Source: a virus (lineage: Duplodnaviria > Caudoviricetes). Taken from it: a stretch of DNA of 64,000 bases. Each line of letters starts with the position of its first letter. The stretch's first letter is position 1. The position numbers were made by a program, and so were the translations under genes. The notes under the pieces were generated by a model. It searched no databases. It was not told the DNA's origin and worked only from the letters and a program-made list of their open reading frames with translations. Below are positions 48,969-58,005 of this stretch, piece after piece. The stretch is from IMG/VR virus record IMGVR_UViG_3300025809_001850. One strand, given 5' to 3'.

Positions 48969-49520
48969 ATGATAAGTCATAAACATAAATTCATATTACT
49001 ACACGCAGGTAAGTGTGCGGGAAGTTCGGTCATAAATTGTCTTAATAATATTATCGATGAACCTAAAATTGAACTTCCTTGCAATCATCCAACTTTGTTA
49101 CAACTTCAGGAACTTGTTACAAAATCTAATCATAACATAAACGAGTATAAGTTAATTTGTATGGTGAGAAATCCATTTGATAGAATGGTTTCATGGTATA
49201 ATCATGCGGTGTATAGAGTTAAAACATTCTCCGGTTCATTTGAAGATTTTTGTGATGACAGACTTAGTGGTACATCCGAAAACTTAATACCCCCCTATAA
49301 CAAATGCAATCATGTTATTCGGTTTGAACATTTACACGATGATTTTGATAAATTTCTTGATATTATAGGTCTTCCTGCTCATAAATTACCCCACGAAAAT
49401 AAAAGTATGAGTAAACAAAAAATTCATTACTCAGTCTTACATACAGAAAAAACGAAACAAATTGTATCTGAGTATTTTTCGTCAGTTATTGAAATGTTCA
49501 ACTATAAGTTTGGGGAATAA
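48969..49520 (+). CDS. Sulfotransferase family 2 protein
   Basis: MISHKHKFILLHAGKCAGSS; VRNPFDRMVSWY; IRFEHL. Confidence 0.8.
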   Translation: MISHKHKFILLHAGKCAGSSVINCLNNIIDEPKIELPCNHPTLLQLQELVTKSNHNINEYKLICMVRNPFDRMVSWYNHAVYRVKTFSGSFEDFCDDRLSGTSENLIPPYNKCNHVIRFEHLHDDFDKFLDIIGLPAHKLPHENKSMSKQKIHYSVLHTEKTKQIVSEYFSSVIEMFNYKFGE

Positions 49521-49522
49521 AA

Positions 49523-50173
49523 ATGCTAATATCACACAAACATAAATTCATCACAATTGATATTCCAAAAACTGCTACAAGGTCTTTGCGTGAAACTTTA
49601 TTGCCACAAAATGTAATTGATATTGTAGGTGATCCAAATTTTAATGCAGATTTTTACCAACATGGAACTGCAATGCAATGTTCTGAATCGTTGCAAAAAT
49701 TAAATAAAAACTTTTCAGATTATTTTTCATTTGTTATTGTTCGCAATCCGTGGGATCGGTATTATAGTTTTTTTAAATACTTTAAAGAATATGCGGAAAA
49801 ATATAAAAACAAAGACGCAAGTATAAAATGGAATACACTTGAAATTACTCAAGGTAAACTGTGCGAAGAATTATTCGCGAATAAATCAGATGAAATTGTA
49901 TTGCGAAACATCATAATAAATAATGAATGTCAAAGTGGTTATTATGCAAATGAAAAAAATGAAATTATGGTATCTCATATAGCAAAATTTGAAAATCTAA
50001 ACAAAGAATTTGAATTGCTATGCAATCAAGTAAATGTAAATTATTCACCGTTATTCCACGGAAATAAAAGTGTTATAAAAAGTAGTTATTATAATATTTA
50101 TACCAAGGAAACTATCAATTTAGTCGCAGAAAAAGAAAAGAATGTAATACAATTAAAAGGATACACATATTAA
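49523..50173 (+). CDS. Sulfotransferase family 2 protein
   Basis: IDIPKTATRS; VRNPWDRYYS; KFENL. Confidence 0.8.
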   Translation: MLISHKHKFITIDIPKTATRSLRETLLPQNVIDIVGDPNFNADFYQHGTAMQCSESLQKLNKNFSDYFSFVIVRNPWDRYYSFFKYFKEYAEKYKNKDASIKWNTLEITQGKLCEELFANKSDEIVLRNIIINNECQSGYYANEKNEIMVSHIAKFENLNKEFELLCNQVNVNYSPLFHGNKSVIKSSYYNIYTKETINLVAEKEKNVIQLKGYTY

Positions 50174-50920
50174 ATGAAAATTTACACTTACTATCAGAAT
50201 ATAAATCACGATAAACAACCTGAATTAATTGATTTATGGAAACTAAGTTGGTCTCGACAAGGTTACGAACCAATTGTTCTAAATTTAGAAGATGCAAAAA
50301 AGCATTCTTATTTTGAAACTCTTGATACAGAAATGCGTAAAATTTTCAAAGAAATTACAAACAAGGAAATTTCTGATTACGGAATGAGTTGTTGGTTTCG
50401 TTGGTTGGCATATGCAACCCAAGAAGACGAAAAGTTTTATGTTTCTGATTATGATGCAATCAATATTAATTTTCCAATCACAGAACCTAGCAATCAACTT
50501 CATTTAATGGATAATGCTTGTCCCTTTCTTGCAAGTGGAACACCAAAACAATTTGAAAATTTATGCAAAGCATTTGTGGAACTTAGCAATCAAAGAATTG
50601 ATATTTTAAAACAACAAGCAGATCATTATCATGATCAAGAATTTTTTCAATATAATTTTATTCCAAATTTTAATGATTCGTATGAAGATCTAAGAAATCA
50701 ACATGGCATTTTAATGACACGAACTAGATCACACGAAGGTGGAATTGGGGATTGGTATCTTCCCAATGATAAAAAAAATCCAAGTCCAACAACTTATGGA
50801 GTTTATCATGTTTCTCACAGTAATTGTAGCGTATACAAAACCACAAATACACAAGATAGTTCACTTTCGGCCGAAGAACTCAGAATTTATTTAATAAAAG
50901 ATTTACTTAAAATAAAATGA
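50174..50920 (+). CDS. Putative GT-A glycosyltransferase, copy A
   Basis: LWKLSWSRQGYEPIVL, WFRWLAY, SDYD (DxD). Confidence 0.6.
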   Translation: MKIYTYYQNINHDKQPELIDLWKLSWSRQGYEPIVLNLEDAKKHSYFETLDTEMRKIFKEITNKEISDYGMSCWFRWLAYATQEDEKFYVSDYDAININFPITEPSNQLHLMDNACPFLASGTPKQFENLCKAFVELSNQRIDILKQQADHYHDQEFFQYNFIPNFNDSYEDLRNQHGILMTRTRSHEGGIGDWYLPNDKKNPSPTTYGVYHVSHSNCSVYKTTNTQDSSLSAEELRIYLIKDLLKIK

Positions 50921-51389
50921 AAATTTACACTTACTATCAGAATATAAATCACGATAAACAACCTGAATTAATTGATTTATGGAAACTAAGTTGGTCTCGA
51001 CAAGGTTACGAACCAATTGTTCTAAATTTAGAAGATGCAAAAAAGCATTCTTATTTTGAAACTCTTGATACAGAAATGCGTAAAATTTTCAAAGAAATTA
51101 CAAACAAGGAAATTTCTGATTACGGAATGAGTTGTTGGTTTCGTTGGTTGGCATATGCAACCCAAGAAGACGAAAAGTTTTATGTTTCTGATTATGATGC
51201 AATCAATATTAATTTTCCAATCACAGAACCTAGCAATCAACTTCATTTAATGGATGCCCATGTACCATGTTTTGCAAGTGGATCACCAAAGCAATTTGAA
51301 AATTTATGCAAAGCATTTGTGGAACTTAGCAATCAAAGAATTGATATTTTAAAACAACAAGCAGATCATTATCATGATCAAGAATTTTT
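50174..51389 (+). repeat. Direct repeat, offset 743 bp: 339 bp identical + 36 bp variable + 98 bp identical
   Basis: 50174-50512 = 50917-51255 and 50549-50646 = 51292-51389 by direct comparison. Confidence 0.92.
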
Positions 51390-51564
51390 CTTGTACAACT
51401 CGGAGGAATTAAAGAATCATCACAATATCGTTATGACACGTGATAGAAATAAATTATTATCACCATACATTAAGGATTGTTTGACTCCGATTATTCACTT
51501 TAGCCATTTTAGGTGTAAAACTAACTCTAATAGAATAAAATTAATTAAGGAAATCTTATCATGA
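50917..51564 (+). CDS. Putative GT-A glycosyltransferase, copy B
   Basis: First 113 aa identical to copy A; different C-terminus. Confidence 0.6.
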   Translation: MKIYTYYQNINHDKQPELIDLWKLSWSRQGYEPIVLNLEDAKKHSYFETLDTEMRKIFKEITNKEISDYGMSCWFRWLAYATQEDEKFYVSDYDAININFPITEPSNQLHLMDAHVPCFASGSPKQFENLCKAFVELSNQRIDILKQQADHYHDQEFFLYNSEELKNHHNIVMTRDRNKLLSPYIKDCLTPIIHFSHFRCKTNSNRIKLIKEILS

Positions 51565-52139
51565 TACTATCACACAAATATAAATTCGTCTGCCTAAATC
51601 CACCAAAAACTGGATCAGGATTTAGAGAACAACTATTAAAGGAATGTGCTGATGTAAGCATAATCACACATGAACCTTTAAAACTAAGACATTGGAATTC
51701 AACTCAAGCATCCAACTACATTAAAAGTATAAACAAAGACCCCAATGATTATTATTGGTTTACTTTTGTTAGAAATCCGTGGGAACGAATGATATCTTGG
51801 GTTAATATGAGAAAAAATCATATATTAAATGGTAAAAATTCGGAAAATATTGATAGTAACAAGTTTATTGTTGAAACCCTTGAAGAACATCAGTTTAAAG
51901 ATTACATATATCGTGATGGTAAACTATTAGAGTTTATTGGTTCACTTGAAAACATCACAGAAGATCTTAATTTTGTGTTAAACAAATTAAATATTAATAT
52001 ACCTATTAGCACTCGAAAAGATAAATATAAAAAAGATTTTAAAGATGATATTCGTGACAACATGAGTCGGAAAACAATAGAACTAATTAGCAATGTAGAA
52101 AAAGAAGTTATAGAAATGAAAAAGTATAAATTTAAATGA
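51561..52139 (+). CDS. Sulfotransferase family 2 protein
   Basis: LNPPKTGSG; VRNPWERMISW; GSLENI. Confidence 0.8.
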   Translation: MILSHKYKFVCLNPPKTGSGFREQLLKECADVSIITHEPLKLRHWNSTQASNYIKSINKDPNDYYWFTFVRNPWERMISWVNMRKNHILNGKNSENIDSNKFIVETLEEHQFKDYIYRDGKLLEFIGSLENITEDLNFVLNKLNINIPISTRKDKYKKDFKDDIRDNMSRKTIELISNVEKEVIEMKKYKFK

Positions 52140-52789
52140 TTAACATAAATGCATACAACTACCACTTTTCTATTGGTTCTAATTGTCGTGTGGCCACTTC
52201 TTTGATCGAATTGAATTTGAGAAAATTTTCAACTAATTTTGATTGGGGATTTTTCACTCCAAAAAGTTTTTACTTAGCATATATAGACAATTTTCAAGAG
52301 TTAATCAATTTCTCTCACAACAAATTGTCTCAAAGTGAAAATACATATCAACATATTATTGACAACTGGATTTCAAAATACAATTTTAAACCTTATATGT
52401 TTAGATTTGCACATCGTTCTCATAAAAACGAAGATACCGTAAGAAGACGAGCAATTAGATTAAAAGATACCATTGAAAATGGTAACAATAAAATATTGTT
52501 CATATATAATCATATACCAATACACCTCATGAGTGACAGAGCTCATAAAAAATGGTCAAACAAACTCCTCAAAGAAGAAGGGGAAGATATTTTTGACTTA
52601 AAATATTTACAATTATTAAAAGACGTATTACCCGACAATGTAGATCTCTTGTTATTGCATTATGAAGAATTGAATATGAAATTTAAAAATGTGTATTGTC
52701 AATTTATAAATTATGAAGAATCCGAAGTGAAACATAAAGACTGGGATCAACAGTTAATTATTAAACACATTAAATCGCTTTTAAATTAA
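52136..52789 (+). CDS. Putative papain-like (DUF1796-type) protein
   Basis: FSIGSNCRVA...STNFDW...FAH...RRAIRL pattern. Confidence 0.55.
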   Translation: MININAYNYHFSIGSNCRVATSLIELNLRKFSTNFDWGFFTPKSFYLAYIDNFQELINFSHNKLSQSENTYQHIIDNWISKYNFKPYMFRFAHRSHKNEDTVRRRAIRLKDTIENGNNKILFIYNHIPIHLMSDRAHKKWSNKLLKEEGEDIFDLKYLQLLKDVLPDNVDLLLLHYEELNMKFKNVYCQFINYEESEVKHKDWDQQLIIKHIKSLLN

Positions 52790-52824
52790 AAAATATGCTT
52801 TCTTAAAGAACGAAAAAAACAAAA

Positions 52825-53535
52825 ATGAAAAAGAGGCCAAAAAATACAGACGATTGTTTATACAACTTAGTGGATATAATAAAATTTAACCATTGTGCTT
52901 GTATGGATGTGTGGAAAGAGGACAGTATAGCGAGAATGTATTATGAACAATCATCAAGTCCCAAGAAGAACTTTAACTCCTCATGGTGGGTGGATTTTGA
53001 TTGTTTACATAAAATTGTTCAAGAAAAAACTAAAAATAACGAACAGCCGTCGGGTGATGTATTAACAATACACGTAAGACTTGGTGATTTATTAGTACCT
53101 TCCTTGATACATACAGTTCCTGATGTTAACCAATATGAAAATTTAATCAAGAGAGCTGTTGTAGAACACGGTATTGTCAAATGCGATATTTATTACGGTA
53201 ATCATGTGGGTAAGTTTGAAAATGAGTCGCAACAATACATACACAAATTAATAAAAATTATTAAAAAATTAGGTCTTGAACATGAATTTATATCCAAATC
53301 GGTAGATGAAGATTTTTGTTCTTTGGCTACAAGCAAACACTACCTGCCCTCTATCAGAGGATTTTCGTGGTTGACTGGTACAATCAATCCGAATAATGTT
53401 ATTTGGGACATAAACAAAGGTAAAGAGTTTTCTTGGGATGTAGTTGCAAAAACTGGAAGATTCGTAACTGAAAATGTTGGTAAATACCTTAAAGGAATTG
53501 AGTATCAACGAAAATTAAATAAACAAAAAAAATAA
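52825..53535 (+). CDS. Fucosyltransferase-like (HxRxGD) protein
   Basis: LTIHVRLGD; DEDFCSLATSKHYLPSIRGFSW; paralog of the 46377 C-half. Confidence 0.6.
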   Translation: MKKRPKNTDDCLYNLVDIIKFNHCACMDVWKEDSIARMYYEQSSSPKKNFNSSWWVDFDCLHKIVQEKTKNNEQPSGDVLTIHVRLGDLLVPSLIHTVPDVNQYENLIKRAVVEHGIVKCDIYYGNHVGKFENESQQYIHKLIKIIKKLGLEHEFISKSVDEDFCSLATSKHYLPSIRGFSWLTGTINPNNVIWDINKGKEFSWDVVAKTGRFVTENVGKYLKGIEYQRKLNKQKK

Positions 53536-53603
53536 TGAAAAACATCACAAACCTTGCCCAGTGGATGGTGTACAAAAGACCATAGTATGGAAGGATATTG
53601 AAT

Positions 53604-54203
53604 ATGATAAGTCATAAACATAAATTTATTTTCATACACATTAATAAAACAGGTGGATCAAGCATTGAGAGGGCCATTGACCCGAGTATTCCTACGCACA
53701 ACAATAAAACTAACCGAGTCTGCCCGAGCGCAACTGTTGGTAACACATATCACGAGACTAAACATTTCCCAGCTAGGAAAATGTGGGCGAACCACCCGGA
53801 TTGTTTTGACCTGTATTTTAAATTTACATTCGTAAGAAACCCGTGGGCTACAGAAGCATCACTTTACAATTGGTTCAAGTTTATTGGAGTTGCCAGAGGT
53901 ACTAAACTCTCATTTAAAGAGTTTTTATATCAGAGAGTTAAGTTAAAAAGAATGGGATTTAGAATAATGTTAGGTAATAGCAAACAATATTCTCTTATGG
54001 ATTACATCGGGCGGTTTGAAAACCTACAAGAAGACTTCAACATAATCTGTGACAAAATTGGAATTCCACAACAACAACTTCCACACAAAAACAAAATAAA
54101 ACACAAACATTACACCGAATACTACGATGATGAAACTCGTCAAATTGTTGCGGAAAAGTATGCAGAAGACATCGAGTATTTCGGGTATAAATTTGGAGAA
54201 TAA
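53604..54203 (+). CDS. Sulfotransferase family 2 protein
   Basis: MISHKHKFIFIHINKTGGSS; VRNPW; GRFENL; YTEYYDDETRQIVAEKYAEDIEYFGYKFGE. Confidence 0.85.
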   Translation: MISHKHKFIFIHINKTGGSSIERAIDPSIPTHNNKTNRVCPSATVGNTYHETKHFPARKMWANHPDCFDLYFKFTFVRNPWATEASLYNWFKFIGVARGTKLSFKEFLYQRVKLKRMGFRIMLGNSKQYSLMDYIGRFENLQEDFNIICDKIGIPQQQLPHKNKIKHKHYTEYYDDETRQIVAEKYAEDIEYFGYKFGE

Positions 54204-54206
54204 ATT

Positions 54207-54872
54207 ATGAAAAAGTATTACGGACAAAAAGGACAAGATAAATGGGTTATTAACGAAGTGTTGAACGAGAAAAAAAACGGATTCTTTTTAGATCTAGCTG
54301 CAACAAATGGGATTGAACTTAGTAATACATTTATTTTGGAAAAAAAATATAACTGGACTGGAATTGCAATAGAACCCAATCCAAATTTTTACAAACAATT
54401 AGTTAAAAATAGAAATTGTATTACAGAAAATCATGTGGTTTCCAATTGTCATGAAAAGGTTAAAGTTAGAATTGATAACGGTGTCGGTGGTGGAATTGTA
54501 GCAGACGATACAGATAATTCTATGTTAATTCGTGGAGAACAATTAAAGAAGGAGCAATGTAAAATTATAGAGATGGAATCAGTTTTGCTACAAGATATCC
54601 TTGATAAACATAACGCTCCGAAAGAAATAGATTATTGGTCACTCGACATCGAAGGTTCAGAAGAAAGAGTGATTAGTAGTTTTGATTTCTCCAAGTATGA
54701 GTTTGGATGCATAACAATAGAAAGGCCAACACCTCTCTGTAACAAAATACTACAAAATGCAGGATATGTGTTTGTTAAGAATTGTGATAATGATTCCTTC
54801 TATGTGTCTCATAAATACTCAAAGGACTTAAAATTACAACCTTTTGAGCAGATACCCAAAAAAAGGTGCTAA
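54207..54872 (+). CDS. FkbM-family SAM-dependent methyltransferase
   Basis: [42 protein letters not shown]. Confidence 0.85.
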   Translation: MKKYYGQKGQDKWVINEVLNEKKNGFFLDLAATNGIELSNTFILEKKYNWTGIAIEPNPNFYKQLVKNRNCITENHVVSNCHEKVKVRIDNGVGGGIVADDTDNSMLIRGEQLKKEQCKIIEMESVLLQDILDKHNAPKEIDYWSLDIEGSEERVISSFDFSKYEFGCITIERPTPLCNKILQNAGYVFVKNCDNDSFYVSHKYSKDLKLQPFEQIPKKRC

Positions 54873-54888
54873 ACTTATAGAACAACAC

Positions 54889-55008
54889 ATGATAATATCA
54901 CATAAACATAAACACTACACCGAATATTACGATGAAGAAACAAAATCTATCGTTGCGGAAAAATACGCAAAAGACATTGAGTATTTTAATTATGAATTTG
55001 GTAAGTAA
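54889..55008 (+). pseudogene. Sulfotransferase mini-gene (39 aa), N-terminus fused directly to C-terminus
   Basis: [39 protein letters not shown]; the junction lies in the HKHK motif present at both ends of 53604. Confidence 0.8.
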
Positions 55009-55049
55009 TTTAACTTGCAAATAAATAAAAAGCATAATACAATGATAGA

Positions 55050-55493
55050 ATGTTTGAAGATATTGTAATATGTGAACTAAATCATATTGATCCTGGTGGA
55101 AAGGAATATTGCAATCCTCAAGAAATTGTTATCGGTGATACAAAGTCTAATGGAATATTAATTTCGTTGTTATTCAGAAACGAAGAAAAACGAAAAGGTT
55201 TATCACAAAGACAATGTGAACTTCCACTTGAAATTTGTGCGGAACTTATTCATAATGATAAAACTGAGTATAAAGATAAATACGATATACAAACGGGAGT
55301 AGAATTTACTATAACTGATAACAATGAAATGTATAAAATGCTTATTGGAAGTAACGGAGAACATTTCCATTATTTTACAAATGTTCCTGCAATAAACAAT
55401 ACAACTGATTTTGGTGACACAATATTTTTGAGTTTTCCACATACAGTTGAAGGATTCATCTACAAAGACACAAACTACAAAATTTTCAAATGA
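55050..55493 (+). CDS. Hypothetical protein (leaderless)
   Basis: TTGCAA-17-TACAAT promoter at 55015-55043; ATG at +7. Confidence 0.65.
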   Translation: MFEDIVICELNHIDPGGKEYCNPQEIVIGDTKSNGILISLLFRNEEKRKGLSQRQCELPLEICAELIHNDKTEYKDKYDIQTGVEFTITDNNEMYKMLIGSNGEHFHYFTNVPAINNTTDFGDTIFLSFPHTVEGFIYKDTNYKIFK

Positions 55494-55984
55494 ACCAATT
55501 ACCAAAATACTCATTAATAGCTGCAATGGATCATAACCGTGTTATAGGTAACGATGATAAAATTCCGTGGAAAGCAAAAGGAGAACAAGCATTGTTTAAA
55601 CGCATCACAACGAACTCTGTGGTGATTATGGGCAGAACTACATACGAAACTCTTCCTAATGCGTTACCGAACCGTTACAACGCAGTATTAACCACCAATG
55701 CACATTATGAAGCACCCGGTTGTTTTACATTCAATAGTTTTGAACAAGCATTAATAAGCATGAACTCAGAATTTCCAACTTGCAAGATTTTCGTTATTGG
55801 AGGTGCATCGCTATACGAGCAAACGATAAAAAATGCGGAAGAACTTCATATTACTCGTATAGAAAGAGATTACGAAGGTGATGCTTATTTTCCTAAATAC
55901 AACAACGAGTTGTATAATTTACACAATATAGAATGGTATGATACAAATATGCGTTATACCTACTATCATTATATCCGCAAATAA
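55490..55984 (+). CDS. folA: Dihydrofolate reductase
   Basis: LIAAMDHNRVIG...IPW, VIMGRTTYETL, LPNR, FVIGGASLYE, GDAYFP. Confidence 0.95.
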   Translation: MNQLPKYSLIAAMDHNRVIGNDDKIPWKAKGEQALFKRITTNSVVIMGRTTYETLPNALPNRYNAVLTTNAHYEAPGCFTFNSFEQALISMNSEFPTCKIFVIGGASLYEQTIKNAEELHITRIERDYEGDAYFPKYNNELYNLHNIEWYDTNMRYTYYHYIRK

Positions 55985-56019
55985 TTCGCATTCCAATCAG
56001 TCTTGATATATATTAGTAT

Positions 56020-56646
56020 ATGTCGAGCAAAATTTTTTTAGTATACAGTGGCTTATTGATTTTCACTAATATACTATTTTCTCGTATTTCTCCTCAAATG
56101 TCCGACTTTTTATGCGGATGTGAATATTGCGAAACCGTTGATCGTCATTCACCTTTGAATATTGGATATCATTTTTCACGATGTCATTCGTGGAAAAAAT
56201 CGTGGGCAAAATCAAGAAACGCAATGATGAATACTCAGAAACCCGATGTGGGCATTCCAGTTAAAGATACTTTACCCGATCATTCGAGAAAAATTTTTGG
56301 GGAAAACAATAATGATGATAATAGTAATAACATTCATAAAAAGGATACTACATTAAAAGAACCCAATATGAATACTATAGATGATATATATAATGATTAT
56401 CAATGGAGATACATAGAAACACAAGGATGGACATATTCTACTACACATCAAAGTACAACAACTACAGATGGATGGCTATATCGTGAAGATTTAGGATGGG
56501 TATGGACTTTCACAGAATCGAGGAAATTTTTATATAGTGAACAGTATGGATGGTTTTATTCAATGCGGTATAACGACCGTAATTTGTTATATTATTACGA
56601 CCGTAGATATTGGTTGTATGCGTATGATTTTTGGTGGAAGAAATAG
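56020..56646 (+). CDS. Secreted protein with C-terminal GWLY-x3-LGW repeat domain
   Basis: Signal-like N-terminus; GWLYREDLGWVW and FLYSEQYGWFY, same domain as the ORF at 3-1865. Confidence 0.7.
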   Translation: MSSKIFLVYSGLLIFTNILFSRISPQMSDFLCGCEYCETVDRHSPLNIGYHFSRCHSWKKSWAKSRNAMMNTQKPDVGIPVKDTLPDHSRKIFGENNNDDNSNNIHKKDTTLKEPNMNTIDDIYNDYQWRYIETQGWTYSTTHQSTTTTDGWLYREDLGWVWTFTESRKFLYSEQYGWFYSMRYNDRNLLYYYDRRYWLYAYDFWWKK

Positions 56647-57400
56647 TATGCAATGATTCACTCAAAAGAAATAAATGCTTGCTTTCGCAACCATTTGATT
56701 TCTTCTTCTTTCATCATCTCAGGTCATTCGTTTAAATGCTTTTTGCGTATCGTTTTTTGCCCTCCGAATTACCCTTTAAAATGCGACTAGATATGGCTAT
56801 ACAAAATACCCTTTTTTTCGTGGAAATAATGTATAATGATAATAAGGGTAATAGTAATAGTAATAGCTGTTATACAAGTAGATGATATACGCATAACGCA
56901 TATAGACATGATATAGGTAATAGATTAAATGAAATAGTAGCAGTATCGTCTTACCCGTCTATAAATACTTAAAGACTGCGTACTGCGTATATTATCAGTT
57001 AGTTGATGCCATACATGAACTTATCTTGATTGATGATACTGATGATAATTGATAATTGATGATAATATATGTTAGTTGATATAACCTGATGATAAGATAA
57101 TAACATAATAAGGTAATAGGGTAATAGAGGTAATAGTAATAGCATAAGATAGACAATGATAGACTTCATATAGGTAGGGCTATATGTCCACAAAAAACCT
57201 TTTTTACCTTGTTGTGCAAGTATACCCTTTAAATGGGTGTCAAATGCGTTCTAGGTGTCAAGGTGTATGTATTGATAGGTATATGCATTTATTTATGTAT
57301 AATATAATAGCTTTAAGGATTAGACGGATTTGATAGCCTACAACACCCTACATTTAATATAGGGGTGTCTCGGATGCCCTCCACTATTTTACTATAGCCA

Positions 57401-57429
57401 ACCATATCAAAAAGCACCACCTCTGTCAA
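57401..57429 (-). promoter_or_regulatory. Minus-strand sigma70-type promoter
   Basis: TTGACA-17-TATGGT with TG extension. Confidence 0.55.
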
Positions 57430-57505
57430 GCCTTTTCCCCACACCACCTCATCTATTAATTAAACTAATGATAACACCCATACTACCCAACCCAACGGCC
57501 TGATA

Positions 57506-57622
57506 TATTTCACCTAGCACCTAGAAAAAATAAAATGCGATTAATCATAGCTGGTAAAATGCTGAATACCAATTACTTAGAATAGCCCTATAAATTATTT
57601 TTTTCAGGTGCTGGGTGAAATA
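57506..57622 (+). repeat. 28-bp imperfect inverted repeat (long hairpin)
   Basis: 57506-57533 pairs with 57595-57622: 25 WC pairs, 2 G-U, 1 mismatch. Confidence 0.85.
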
Positions 57623-57715
57623 GGGAAACAAGTGCGTATTGACTATTACTATTATCATGTGTATGTATATTACTATTACTATTACTACTACCTTTACTAT
57701 TATCATTATTAGTAG

Positions 57716-57744
57716 TTGACTTTTCGCAAAAAATTTGGTACAAT
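57716..57744 (+). promoter_or_regulatory. Sigma70-type promoter; transcript starts with GTGGGAGGGAG
   Basis: TTGACT-17-TACAAT with TG extension. Confidence 0.75.
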
Positions 57745-58005
57745 CATGGGATTGTGGGAGGGAGCAAAGCTAGACATAAAATGCCTTCATTTTTCTTGGG
57801 GAAATATCTCATAAAAAAACTAAACAATATTACTTGACTTGTTGCACCTTATTGATGTAGATTATATCATGACTGAATGACACATAATAGCTATTGTACT
57901 GCTTACCTCCGGATGCATATGGGTGTTCATAGAATTACTAAAAAACAAATAGAGTTTTTATAATAGTGTTGACATCATTAATGAAACCTGCTATTGTGTT
58001 TATAT

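Larger units (their letters stand above)
56647..57990 (+). other. ~1.3-kb non-coding control region with mirror-arranged simple repeats, hairpins and divergent promoters
   Basis: No credible ORF; (GTAATA)n at ~56849 and ~57113-57141 vs (TATTAC)n at ~57643-57690. Confidence 0.7.

Noticed and set aside
50174-51564. Diversity-generating retroelement (TR/VR pair)
   Set aside because: Differences in the variable block involve all bases (t/c, g/c, t/g, c/t), not only adenines; both copies are coding; no reverse transcriptase is in the window.
56999-57193. Track ORF 56999-57193 (-) as a real gene
   Set aside because: It arises from low-complexity repeats (LLLLPLL, YYHQLSIII) and has no start context.
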